Of a stretch of DNA of 64,000 bases, positions 46,101 through 59,860 are shown in pieces. This DNA is from Azolla caroliniana (taxonomy: Eukaryota; Plantae; Polypodiophyta): positions 2,232,001 to 2,296,000 of the forward strand of contig JBHGNT010000005.1 in the NCBI GenBank assembly GCA_043228905.1. The letters run 5' to 3'. Position 1 is the first letter of the stretch. Each line of letters opens with the position of its first letter. The position numbers and the translations under genes were made by a program. The notes beneath the pieces were generated by a model. That model was given only the letters and a program-made list of their open reading frames with translations. It was not told where the DNA came from and made no database searches.

Positions 46101-46785
46101 TTATAATGTGCAACTAATGAGAATTCTATTATTATTCATAATCTAATGAGTCTCTTAGCAACTTATGGAATAAGGATTCATGTTTTATCATATGACAATT
46201 TGTTTCTTATGATAGTGAGAGTGCTCATGTATGTATGCATCCCCTGTTAAGGAGATTCTTCATATCTATATCATATGTGTGGAAAATGAGATTCATTGGA
46301 GCACCATGGAAAATTTCTTGTCAAGCTTTGGTTAGCTACCGAGCTTAATGCATGCATGTGACATCCTTGTTGCATCTACGCCAAACCCATGTCAATATGT
46401 ACCCTTGTTTCCTATCCAACCATGCATTTCCGTAAATCATATACAAATTTCAATTTGATGAATGTAAACAATAATTGATATTGTTTAGCTTATCAAGAAC
46501 AATGGGGAAATAACCTTGTTTTTTTCCATTCAAAAGTTGGATGCAAGGTTTTTTTCTCTAAAATTATTTTCAAAAACAAAAACAAAAAACACTTGGGCTT
46601 AGAAGGTGAAAGTAATGTCTAATTGGAGACCTTTGTGTGTGTGTGTGTGTTTAACCAAAATAATGCTTTTGCACACTTGTCTATACATATTGGGCAAAGC
46701 ACACCTTTCGCCATTAACCATGCTTTGCCTTAATAAACTTATAATTGACATTGTTTGTACGCACCACCACCATTGTTATTTTATG

Positions 46786-46787
<2 letters not shown>

Positions 46788-46817
<30 letters not shown>
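46788..46817. repeat. (TG)n microsatellite
   Basis: Direct reading. Confidence 0.9.
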
Positions 46818-46822
<5 letters not shown>

Positions 46823-47099
46823 ATTTACGCAAAAGAAACTACAAAGAATTTTAAATCAAGAAACCATAATGTTCAATATGGGCTGAAGTTTACGTAGGAG
46901 ACCATTTTATGAAGAGGTCAACACATGTTTTTTCTTCTTTTTTTCCAAAGAAAACACTACTTTCCATTAGTTAGCAAACAAAGTACATCAAAGTTCAGCC
47001 ATAATCAACAAAACTCACACTACTCCACACAAAACTAAGCATAATCCCGACCTTGCTATTTACAACAAAAGTATCCCGCTAACTCTTTTTACATGGTAA

Positions 47100-47900
47100 C
47101 CACATAATTACATCTTTTGTCCACTAATGGAAGCCAATGACGGAAACAACCATCTCAGTGCTTGGTAGTTCCATTTAGGCCCTGGCGTTGAATTTACCAT
47201 CATAGGAGAACGACCCCATTTCAACAAAAACTTTGACCGAGCCCTTTTTGCTTCATCCGAGTTCCCTTCAATTGAGTTGTATTGTCCGCGCAACCAAGAT
47301 ACCAGCTCGAACCAAATGTTTAACAACACTTCACCGCTGGGAGTTTTCGTTGCTAAAAAACAAACATACATCGTCTGGTCCAAATGTGCCAGATCCAGAA
47401 GCATGCCACCAACATCCATATCTCCTCAAAAAAACTAGAGTTTGTACTAGGTTTCACTCCAACACATTTGAATACACTGCCATGTGGATTTAGTTGTTCC
47501 GTCTAGCCTTCCCTAGTTAGCTTCAAACCATGTAAGGACCCCCACACAACTCTCCCATTCACACCACATGCTGCCACTATCCTGAGACTTCTACCCCAAA
47601 TGCTTATTGCCTCTGCACAGTTCCAAAAACAGTGAGGTATCGATTCCAAAGAGTGACCACATAACTTACAACCAGCCTCCCCACCACGACACCTTATCCA
47701 CTCCCCTACGGGTATTGCCTTATGACTAAGAAGCCAAAACCAAACCTTTATTTTTTCTGGCATATCCAATGCCCAAAGTCTCCTCCAAAACGACTTCAAC
47801 AAGTCATCTGATATGCCTTTATCCCTCCAACTATTGTGAGTCTGAGTAGCGCCCACTGATTTGGAGCCAATGATTTTAATATGATGCCGACCCAAAACAC
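47100..47900 (-). mobile_element. 5'-truncated L1-like LINE fragment
   Basis: zf-RVT motif FWRRLWALDMPEKIKVWFWLLSHKAIPVGEW...CKLCGHSLESIPHCFWNC, plus the C-terminal tail WGRSPMM...WNYQALRWLFP. Confidence 0.85.
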
Positions 47901-50164
47901 ATATTTGGACCTCCTCATGGGAGAAAAACCATTAAGAGTTACCCACATTATAACTCTCTTTTTCAATCTATATTATTCTCATTTATTTTAATTATTCAAA
48001 ACTCCTTAGTCATTGATATCGTTTTTTTCCTTTACATCAAGATAGTATAAATATGGCTTTTAGGAAATATATTCAACTTTATGCATGCAACCGAGGTCCG
48101 ACACCTTTCTTCAAAACTCTTGTATGAGTACATTTGCTAGTTAAGTGTTCCTGAGAAATAAACATTTGGTGCAACTTGCAATGCACATATTTGAAAGAAT
48201 GAACCTTATGAGTTTGAGTGCGATTGAAATGATCAAGCATTTACCCCTTATGATTTAGCCAAAGGCTAGTAACTCGTATGTATATGTTATTAGATGATTA
48301 CCTCGAGATAGACCAATGAAAGTTATGACTCATTCTTGATTGGTGCATGCACTTATTCTATTGTAGCTTGTTTCAACTACATAAATAACGTCATGGTCAT
48401 AATTTTCCTCCAATGTCAATGATGACAAAATGTTTAATTTTGTCCAACTTCCATGAGTGGCATAGAAAATGTGCGGCGAATAGAATGGTGAGTGGAAGTT
48501 GTTTGAAATTTATATTCTCGATAAATAAGTAAAATAACGATTGATTATAGATTCTTTGTGAGTTTTACAAAACTATAAGTCCATCCATGAGTCCAATAAC
48601 GTATGTCTCTTGAGTTCACAAAAATGGGAAAGTGTTAAAAAAAGTGATAGGCGTCAAAGATAATGCAAGATAGAGAAGGTATATGTACTATATTAATGTA
48701 TACTTATACTCCAAAAAATCGCTCCACGTTGATGCACGAATACATTCCTGTCTAGATTGTAACTCATTGGCATTACTTTTTCAAGATGAGTTTGTAAAAT
48801 TCGTGCTACAACTTCTCAACCTCAACTTGTTTTGATGGATTCAGCCATTCTCCCTCCAATCAAAACAAAACCAATATGTACGGTCTAATAATTAATTCAC
48901 GCTATCCTCTCAAAAACAATTCTATACCTCTCTAGCACCGAAAAGTTATTTTTCGATGTTGATTAATTTGTTTTTTATAAGAGAAGAATTCCAATGCTTT
49001 TCTTCGCAAGTGTTTTATATTTTATTTTTTTGAAATAATTGTTTTAGCTTCTTTTGCAATTTAGAAGAACACTTGTGATCATGTTGTGTTATTTGATATG
49101 CTCATTGCTTACCTTAACAAGAATCATTTGTTTGGGCAAACTTGTTGTCGATGTGGACATCGTGTAGCAATTGTAGACATGGGACATTTTTCAAATGCTT
49201 TCTATGTTCATCCTTGTGTTGTTTCTCAAGAAAAGGCATGTTTAGGCTTCCAACACAAATTCTTTAATATTAAGTATTTGGATAAAACTAAAATATTAAG
49301 GATGGAAAGCTTCAAAACTAGATATGAGTCTTTAACCATCCAAAATTTCCCTTCTTCATGAGATAATGATGTTGACTATCTATATCCATCACAATTCTTC
49401 ATATAAATCAAATTTTTTGCTCGATGTATCTATGTGAATAACACTTCTCCAAATAAATTTTACTTTCCGAGAAATCTATATTTCCTTAACACAACGTATC
49501 GCATGGCATGCGACCAAAGGAAGTACAACCCTTTACACCAAAACATGGAGAAAGAGAATATTATTCAATATATCGTGGTAAATAACATTTCTCGAATTGT
49601 TCTTAATAAAATCCTCCAATAATTTTACTTTCTCATCACTCTTTTGTCCCCCCCCCCCCCCCCCCTTCTTTACTACCAACAACATATAACAAGGTACATG
49701 ACTCAAGAAAGCATGACCCATACATAAAATCAAAAGCGTGACAAGGAAGAAGAAGAGATGAATTTGAAGTCTTTATATTCCAGATGGTTATCGTGCATGA
49801 ATCACAAAAGGTACCCTTGTGGATAGTTATGCCAGATGGTTATCAAGAATTACAAAAGGTACCCTTGTGGATAGTTATGCGAGTGAGTGTGTGTGTTGGG
49901 GGGGGGGTCAAAAGTTTTGATAAAATTGTAAGCTAATTTGGCTTTCTCGGGGCTTGGTTTGTCTTTTCATTATCTTAACTCAGAAGATCTCCATGGCATA
50001 GTATTAAAAGGAAAAAAGGAAGACGAGTATGGGCCGTCTTGTGGTACCAAAGAGCCGCCCTCCCCCCCCCCACTCCCCATCAATTTAGCTACGAGTGATG
50101 CGTGTCCCTTTCCTTTCCTTTCCTTTTGCTTGCTCTTTGTGTGTGTGTATTGAGTGTGTAAGAT

Positions 50165-50357
50165 ACATACATACACGCACATATACATAGGTACATGCAT
50201 ACATACATGCATATATACATACATACATATGTACATGCATGCAAACATACATACATACATACATACATACATACATACATAATATACATACATGTATATA
50301 TGCAAACATACATACATACATACATATATACATACATACATGTATGTATGTATGTAT
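50165..50357. repeat. Degenerate (TACA)n microsatellite ending in an inverted (TGTA)n run
   Basis: Direct reading. Confidence 0.9.
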
Positions 50358-50848
50358 AGAGAGAAAGAAAGATATATTAACGTCTTCTAAGACCAAAATT
50401 GGCCCATGAGACAATTGGTTTACAAAAAAAGAAGAAGAGGGGTACTTTACCCATTCATAGAGAGAGAGAGAGAGAGAAAGAAATATTAACGTGTTCTAAG
50501 GCCAAATTTGGGCCCCTTCTCTCTGCTCCTCTTTCTAAGAAGCTTTTGTTCTTTTTCCTCTGTTTTTTTGTTAGATACGAAATTTGTGCAGAGAGAGAGA
50601 GAGAGAGAGAGAGACTGTAGATACTTACGATAAAGAAGAAAACTGTAGGAGTAGAACCAGACTGTAGTAGTAAAAAAGAACAAGACGAAATGCCTCTGTC
50701 GACACCTCTCTCTCTCTCTCTCCCTCGATTTATATATATATAATCTCTTCTTCATCTGTCTAATCTAAAAGAACATAGGAAATATAAAGAAGTTGCTTCT
50801 GTTCTGTATCTGTTCTTCTCATCTCTGATAGTGCACCCCCAGTTATCC

Positions 50849-53800
50849 ATGGGTGAACCATCGGAGCTTCAAGAAGAGCTCATAGAGCAATCAAAAGACC
50901 TTCAAGACCTCTCTCCCCTCGATCTTCCCCAAACAGAGTATTTATCTGGCGATGGCGATGGCCGTGATGATGATGATGATGATGTTGTCTTCTTTCCTTC
51001 CTTCCACGTGTCAGAACTTCGTAAAACATCATCCTTTCTCTCATCTTTCCAGAATCCTATCAATCTACACCGTGGCTCGTCCCAGATCGCAATTATTGGT
51101 TCGAAATATGCTCCTGTAGAGAGTCTCGATTATGAGTAAGTATAGAATTGATCTCCTTCCATTGCTTGGCTCATCTTAAACCCATGTTATTATGAGTGTC
51201 TTGATTGATTGAGTTGATACATTTGAAAGCTTATTTTTTGTTGCCTAATTTTCTGATCCATCATTATCATGTTGATTGGTTAGATCAATACATATTAAAA
51301 GCTAATATGACCTTGCGCTTTTGTCCAGCTTAAACTCTTCATTATGAGTAAGTACACCAAAGAGCTTATTCTGCATTTTCTTTTATCTATCCCCTAATTA
51401 CCTGATTATGAATAGTCCATTAAAACTAATTTACATTATTTGATCCATTTTCTACTATTATAAGATCGGCGAGTACATTGAAAGCTAATATCCCGATCCA
51501 TTATAATCAATCATCTCAATAAGAGTCTAGAAAGCAGATTCTAGTGGGCAATTAAATCTCTTTTCTTTACATGTTTAATGGAAGGTTGAAGCTTATATGG
51601 CTAATGAATGCCATTGGTAAGCGTATCCTCATATAGCTATAGACATTGATAGACATATGCACGTTTATACTGGATTGCATTTCCAACTGGACCGTTAGAT
51701 CGTAATATGAAGGATGGATTGTCTTACACCAAGCCTTTTTTTCTGCTTTAGATGACAGGTATATACATATGTCTAGGCACATACATAATGTGGGTCTTAT
51801 GAATCTGTTTTCTTGTCTCTCTTCGGTAGAATTATAGAGAATGACGTGTTCAAGCAAGACTGGCGGACAAGGACGAGAGGGCAGATTTTTCAGTACATCG
51901 CGCTAAAATGGACACTAGCTTGTCTCGTCGGTCTTCTTACTGGCATCACTGGCATCGCCATCAACTTTGCGGTTGAAAACATTGCTGGATTCAAGCTCCT
52001 CAAAGCTACAAGCTATATCCAAAATGACAGGTCTTCTTCTTCACAGGAATGTTTTTTGAACTTTGGCATGATGCTAACCTCGTATATTTGTGTACATGTA
52101 TAAAGGTGTCAATTTGTCATTAGAAATCATGTTGTTTTTACTTTGTTTAGTAATCATGTTATTTTAGTTAGTTTGTTTGAAAAATAGGACAAAAGCATGA
52201 AATGGTGGTGCCAACTACTTGCAACCCAAGTGATCATTATTTAAACCATACCTTTTTTAACTTTATCGTACCAAATATTGGTTTTTATCTTGACGATTTC
52301 TTTCCAACAAGGGATCGTACTACAAAAATATGCAAAAGAAGATACAATACTACTACAATTTTATTTGTAGAAATACCCGAGAACCACCATTTCATGATTT
52401 TACCCATTTAAAATGAATATGTAGTTTGTTGTGAAGTGGAAATAATTTCGTGTAGCACATACACTCTGGATCTTTTGAAATTAGAAAATCTAACCATTTT
52501 GGGATCATGAAGAGTTTTATGCCATTTAAGCATGTATGTTTTGATTTTCCAGGATATTTGTTGGCTTTGCTATATTGGTTTTAAGCAATCTCTTGTTGGT
52601 GCTCTCTTCGGTATTGCTATGTACGTTTGTTGGCCCTGCCGCAGCTGGCTCTGGAATTCCAGAAGTTAAAGCTTATCTCAATGGCATTGATGCTCCCAAC
52701 ATTCTTTCCCTTAGAACGTTACTAGTGAAGGTATTTTTCAAATCTCAACATTTTGTTTCATATATCTCTTATCATTTGGGTTTCCTTGGATCTATTCATT
52801 TATCAATCATCCTTTGTGGTTTGGTCCTAAACCCTAAACACTTTTAGTAGAGATTCTCGTAATGTGCTGCTTTTTGAGAAATTTGAAAAAATTGTAGATG
52901 ATTTCAAAACCAGGCAGGTGCACTTGTATTGATTAGGATTTTGTTTTCGCCTTCCATTAAGATGCTTAGACAACATTTCAGATAATCTTTAGAGTGCTGT
53001 TAAGCAGTATTTTTTCCCCAGCAATATTGACATTCATTTTGGGGTTTTTTCACCTCCTATTGAGGGTTTCCCCTAGTAATATAAGTTATAAAAGGGAATT
53101 CAGCTTTGACCTTCCACGCTAAACTTTTTTATAGACTTTGTTTTTTTTGAGTTTCTTAAGCAATACATCATCCACACTGTCTTTTGCACACTTTAGCATC
53201 ATTTTGTGAGTTCTGGCATAATATTGAGGGTTATGTAAAGAAGTGATTTCTAAAAGAGGAAAGAAGCAGCAAAAAGAAGAAAGGGAATTGTTTACGATTA
53301 GATAAATTTTCAGGTCTTTGGTAGCATAGGTTCTGTTGCGGGGGGACTTGATGTGGGAAAGGAAGGGCCTTTGGTACACACGGGGGCTTGCATTGCTGCA
53401 TTTTTAAGCCAAGGGGGTTCAAAGCGATACAACATATCATGGAGATGGTTGCGATATTTCAAGAACGATAGAGACAGGAGAGATCTAGTCACATGTGGAG
53501 CTGCAGCTGGAGTGGCGGCTGCCTTCAGAGCACCTGTTGGTGGTGTCTTGTTTGCACTAGAAGAAGTAGCTTCGTGGTAAGTTTTTTCAATCACGTAATT
53601 AGCTTGCTCGAAGTTCAGCCCTGACTTGTGAATCTATAAACAATCCTTTGTTATTAGATCTAATTGGTGGATGTCTCTTATTTCCAGGTGGCGTAGTGCG
53701 CTTTTGTGGAGAGCATTTTTCACTACTGCATTGGTTGCTGTTATACTTCAATGGACTATTAGTTATTGCGGTGATGGGAATTGTGGATTATATGGTACTG

Positions 53801-55837
53801 GGGGCTTGATACTGTACAACATTGGGGATATATCAATTCAATTTGGACTTGTAGAGCTCGTGCCTGTTGTGATTCTAGGATTGATTGGTGGATTTCTTGG
53901 GAGCTTGTTCACCTACTTCAATGGAAAGATCATTGAATTCTACTCTATTTTACATAATAAGTAGGTAACAAAGCACATACCTAGTTGTCCAAGTTTTAGG
54001 ATCACATTCATTGACCTTTGTTTTTCTTTTTTTCTTTTCTTTTTCTTTTGTAGACATGGACCAATGCTGAAGATCTTTCATGCTGTTATCATATCACTCA
54101 TTACTTCAGCATGTGTCATTGGTCTTCCATGGTTGGGTGCATGTACCGCATGTCCTTCCGACCTTGATGAAGAGTGCCCTAGCACAGGGAGCTCAGGAAA
54201 CTTCAAACAATTTACATGCCCGGAAGGCCATTACAATGACCTCGCCGGCTTGTTTTTCAACATAAATGATGATGTTGTAAGAAACCTCTTTAGTGTTGGC
54301 ACAACCAATGAGTTCCAATATAGGTCTTTAGCCATATATCTTGCTTCAAGTTATATGCTAGCTCTTTTGACATATGGTACCCCGGTTCCATCAGGTCTTT
54401 TCATACCAGTAATCATCACTGGAGCTACATATGGTCGTATGATTGGCATGGTCATGAGATCACTAAACAGTGACCTTTCACAGCTTGATGAAGGTCTGTA
54501 TGCCATATTGGGTGCAGCATCTTTCTTAGGAGGCTCAATGAGAATGACTGTTTCTATATGTGTTATCCTTCTTGAGCTCACTAACAACCTCTTAATGCTT
54601 CCGTTGACAATGCTGGTTCTCTTGATCTCCAAAACAATTGGTGACATGTTCAACCATAGTGTATATGATCAAATTGTCCATATAAAGGCATTGCCTTTCC
54701 TTGAAGAGCATCCTGAACCATACATGAAGCATTTGATAGCTTATGATGTGTGTAGCCGCCCACTTCACACTTTTAGCACTGTTGAGATGGTTATAAATGT
54801 TGTCGATGTCTTACGGAGAACCAATCATAATGCATTTCCAGTGATCGGCATCGACATGGCATCAAAAAAACCCATCCTTTATGGCCTCATCCTTCGATCT
54901 CATCTATTGGTATTGTTGAAAAGCAAAGTTTTTCTTCCATCGCGGAATATTGATAATGAATATGACATCAGCAAAAATTTCCGCTCTTCGGATTTCGGCA
55001 AGCCAGGATCAGGGAAGAGTATAACAATTGATGATATTGAGATCAGTCCACATGAGCTTGAAATGTATATAGATCTTCATCCATATACAAATACTTCACC
55101 CTATACGGTTGTTGACACTATGTCATTGGCCAAGACATTTACATTATTCCGGCGCTTGGGGTTGCGACATCTATGTGTTGTACCTAAAGTCCAAACTGTA
55201 AGCCCTTTCAAGTTTCTTTGCACTCGAATGTTACTCATTTTTTCATGGCTTTCTGTGGATGTATGTCGAACCATTCATTACTATAGATGCTTATATACTT
55301 GCACATAGGCATGCATCCATACATACATATATACATGTGTGTGTTTGTACGTTTATGTTGGGGGGCATGATGAAATATGTAACTTATGTGTTTAACAGAA
55401 GGCACCTCGTTTGTACATTTTTTATGCCTTGGCCTCTATAAAATGTCTATATTTACAAATAGAATAAAGAAAGAGTTCAATGCATGAGAATTTTACCAAA
55501 AAAGGATTTGAAATTAGGCCTGAAATGCATGTGATATTGAGTGTTTGTATGGGTATGCACATATTATGTAAGTATGTGTGTGTGTGTGTGTGTGTGTGTG
55601 CATGCATGCATGCATGTATAGTTTACATGTATATCAAAACTTATATATGCACATACTTTGTATTTGTAGGGTCCACCAGTTATTGGTATATTGACACGGC
55701 ACGATTTCATGGCCGAGCACATTCTCAGTTTATTCCCGCACCTAAGCCATAGCAAATGGAAAAGGTTACGTGTTCGACCCTCCCTTATAATGAAAGCAGT
55801 GGAATGGGGAAATTTTTGGAGGCCCAGTAGGTTCTGA
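50849..55837 (+). CDS. CLC: CLC chloride channel/antiporter (CLC-c/g-like), 7 exons, 837 aa: 50849-51135, 51830-52030, 52553-52730, 53314-53576, 53688-53960, 54054-55197, 55670-55837
   Basis: All introns are GT-AG and the phases are consistent (2514 nt). Motifs ESLDYE, GSGIPE, GKEGP, GVLFALEE and PSGLFIP are present, with two CBS domains (HNAFPVI; GLRHLCVVP; GILTRHDF). Confidence 0.93.
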
Positions 55838-58264
55838 AGGACATCTCTCTTCAGGGCAATGTCTTTGTGTAAGGAAAATGAATGTCTTGCTTGATATAAT
55901 GTCCTCAATTCTTTCATTCCTTATTTTTTTCTTCTATTGATTATATCCATGGAGATAAACTTCTATATGATAATGACTCTCTGTTCATATGTATACAACT
56001 TTATTTGATTCAGTACATATCGGCTAAGAACGCATCTAGGAAACATGTTGGTTATGGTTGCTAATGCAATTGGTTGATATTCTTTGAAATGTTCCTTGTA
56101 ATTTTGGTTCATAATGAGCTTTATTGTTTCTTTTTAGGTGAACTATTTTGGGCTCTAGTCTTTGTTTATCAAGAGACACAATGTCATTAGCTGTTCATTC
56201 TGCAAGTAGAGTTTTTTTCTTATCCAAAACATTGACAACATGTCAAAACATTGCACAGGGGACTTTCAATGCATATTGTCCATATAGACGGAGGGTGGAA
56301 AAGGTAATTTAGGTAGGCAACGTGTATGTGCCATTGTATATGTGAAGTGTGTTCACATGTAGTGAAGAAGCATTTTGGCAAATTTGATGTGTGATTGCAT
56401 AGAAGTCGCAAGAGACGAAATGGAATGGTGATCCAAATCATGTATTGCTTAAAATCGGATGTGAAGGCATGTTTGAGTGCATGCTCACATGTGGCGGGGA
56501 AGCATGGTAGCAAATTTGATGTTTGTTCGAGTGAAAGTTTGAAGAGAGGAAATGGCATGGCGATCCACGTCACTTATTTGTTGAAATCTGAATATAATTT
56601 ATTTGTCAAAGTTGAACATTGAGAAGGAAACAAGATTATAGTGTGGAGACGGAGAAATTGAGAATCTTTCTACCACTAAGATCACATCCATGTGAACATT
56701 TTCCCTTGGGAAGTTGTTGACATTATAAAATGCATGTGAACAATCATGATGAAATCAATTTTAAATCGAAATCATCATTTCATGTGGGCCAAGACTTATT
56801 TAATGAGGCCTCTATTATACCACTCTCTTTTGGTGCTTTCCTCGCTTTGCAAGTGTGTGAAACAACTTGGTTTTGTTGACTATCTTGTGGATATATCAAA
56901 GCGTGGCATTATCACGCACAATCATTTCAGCAAGGTTGAGATATGTGAGGGAGCTAGTGTGGCCTAGGCATAGAATGATATGTCTATGCATCTAGCTAGT
57001 TGAGATGGTGGTGACTCGATTCTATGGAGCGGTTGAGCGGCAAGGTTAATTATAATCATGTACCTCAATGTTCTTTAGATAAGATCGAGTCAAAGAATCA
57101 AGTTGCTAGGATTTGGCATCTATGTGTACATTGTGCATTCCTTGATCAATAAATAAACAATATATCCATGGTTACAATTGTTCTATGTAGTCCCAAGTAG
57201 GAATTCTTGTGAATTTACCTAAAGTTTGTGAGTTCATACTAAAGTGTTTGTCTTTAGAGTTGAAGAACTTTTTCCTGGAGCATAACCCACATCTTGGCCA
57301 TTAAGGTTGTGATTTGGGGGGTTTCTCTTATGGAGACAAATGTCTCCAAACTCAGTTCGAAAACACTATAAACATTTTGTGGTCTGTTTTTTCTTTTTAT
57401 ATTACTTATTGCCTCTATCCATTAATTCAAAGCACAAAGTTAAGAATTTGATAGAACTTTACATGGACACATTCACTACAAAGTAACTTGCCATTGCATT
57501 TCGTGACCTCACAAGTTATAACCTTATGTGTGTTGGAATATCATTTCACATGGTGCTATAGGGAACTATCTAAATGATCATATGATTTTTTCGAAATTTA
57601 TATTACTAGCTTAGCTATAGGATGATCTAATATTGACAAATGAACCTAATTGTGTATCACGTAAGTATAGTATGATTTGCGTGACCATTTAGTTTTTTTA
57701 TGTGGTCCAAAGAATGATTTGTGCAATCATGTGTATTGTTGGTGTGGTACTGCATCCTTTAAATGTCTTGTGTGAACAAGCTTCAATTGCAAGATGGTTC
57801 GAAGACCCATGATTGTGGATTTGAAAGCATTATTGGAACTATTGGAGTTATTCAAAACACTACCAACTTTCTATACTTTAGCATTACCTTCTAGGATGTA
57901 ACAATGCTCTCTATTTGAAGACCACTCTAGATTTGGGGTCATTTTCCATCAAAACAAATCGAAAAAATTTATATTTTTAAGGGAAGGGGCTTATTTAAAT
58001 AGCAAGGGATTATTGTAACACGTTATTCTATAAGATTGAGATTAATTATTTGTTGTATATATCATCATGTGGAGTTAATAACCACCTTGTTGTAATACAA
58101 AGAATGAATAATTGCGTGTGCCAAATTTCCGTCCTTGCATTAAGTGACACATGAGCAAAATCTGTTCTGAAATTGTTAGTTATAATTTAGTTGTTGAATT
58201 TTTAACAATAACAAGAAACATGTTGGAAAATGCTATTGAGGTTACGTTTCACTTACTTTAGGCC

Positions 58265-59860
58265 ATGAAAAGGGGCCAATTGGGCCCGTCAAACGGATGG
58301 ATTCCAAACATGGATCTCAAACCTAGTTTCTCACACCAATTGGAGGATAGATTCAGTGCATCCATGTGGAAGGCGTGGAGTGACATTAGACAAGTGCTCA
58401 AGTCCGATCAACCTAATTCCGAACCTGCCTGGCTTAATCAATGCATCCTATGGAACCCATGTATCATAGATGAATCTGATCAACTAATTGGCTCAAGTAA
58501 GGGACTGTTATGGGGATACATTGTAGAAGGTTCAGGAAAGAGTATAGAATGTTAGAGACACTTTATGTCATTGCCAATACAAGATCAAGCCAACATACTC
58601 CATGGAATCGAGGGGGGTGGACTATGAGATCTAAAATCATTAACGCTCTATTGCTTAGAGAAGTTGCTAATCAAAGGACAACAATGGAGAAGTGGATAGG
58701 CTACAAGGAAGAGAGCTCTTTGACGCCAATATTTAGGGAACCACTAGACAAGATCAAAGGACGAGAATGGAGAAGTGGATAGGCTACAAGGAAGAGAGCT
58801 CTTTGACCCCAATAGTTAGGGAACCACTAGACGAGATCAAAGGCCATGAATTGCGAAACAATGAGGCACTAACATTGAATACAACAATTCGAGTACTTGC
58901 ATATATTGGTCATAAATGGATTATAGATCCCAATATGATGAAAGTACAACTAGAATGGCACATATGTACTCATGAGAAGACATGGCTACGTAAGGTCAGT
59001 TGGGAACCTTTGCAATGGACATGGCGTGATCCTTATGCGAGTCAAGGAAGCAAACCCATCCCTTTCTTCCAATTCACGACTAGATTGGGTTGCCACATTC
59101 TAACCACTCAAACCACGTGAATGTCGGGTTGTAAAGGTTTGGCACACATATCATGTTCCTCACATAATTATCACCAAGTTTTGGTCGAAAATTTGGAAAC
59201 AACATCATGCGAGGCGAATTACCACGTTCCAATGTCTATTAATACATAATGCACTACCGGTTGGAGTGTGGGAACCTTAGCTTTCCTAATTGTGTAGCGT
59301 GCCCAAATGCAATAGAATCAATCTGACACACTTTGTGGGAATGCCTAGAGACCCATCGAATATGGCGGGGGGTTGGCCGCCTATTGCAATTATGCTAGGT
59401 GCAAGGCACAATCAAGTGGGGAAATGTATGTTGGTTATCATGGCAAGCCCCAATTGACGGGTACGAGCATCATGAGGAGGGCATTACTTTGGTGATAAAA
59501 GCACAAGAGGTTTTTTTGTCCACCATTGGTCAACTCCTATTACTACCAAATCTCAAGTTGTGTTGGAATTGGTCAAACCAATAACTCTTTGGACTCTATG
59601 GAAACAACAATGTAGACGGATCTTCACCAACCAAACAATGCATCCGGTAATGTTAATGCAAGCGATATGGAGTGAAGTTGTAGCCACTCTAAAGAGCCAA
59701 TACGATGGCCTCAAGGGCGGCTCCGATGGAGTTGAAAGACAATGATTAGCCTTCATCCAACAATGGTCATCCTCTCCCTTTCTTGAATAATTGGACATCC
59801 ACATAAGATGGAACTATCGCATCCCTACAGGGATTTGTATATAACACTCTCATCTGTAAA
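58265..59860 (+). mobile_element. 5'-truncated L1-like LINE fragment with an internal 83-bp tandem duplication
   Basis: SMWKAWSDIR and ILWNP motifs, a zf-RVT region at ~59170-59370 and the LWTLWKQQCRRIF tail. The duplication units start at 58684 and 58767. Confidence 0.8.

Noticed and set aside
49970-50414. ORFs rich in MYVC repeats
   Set aside because: These are translations of the (TACA)n microsatellite.
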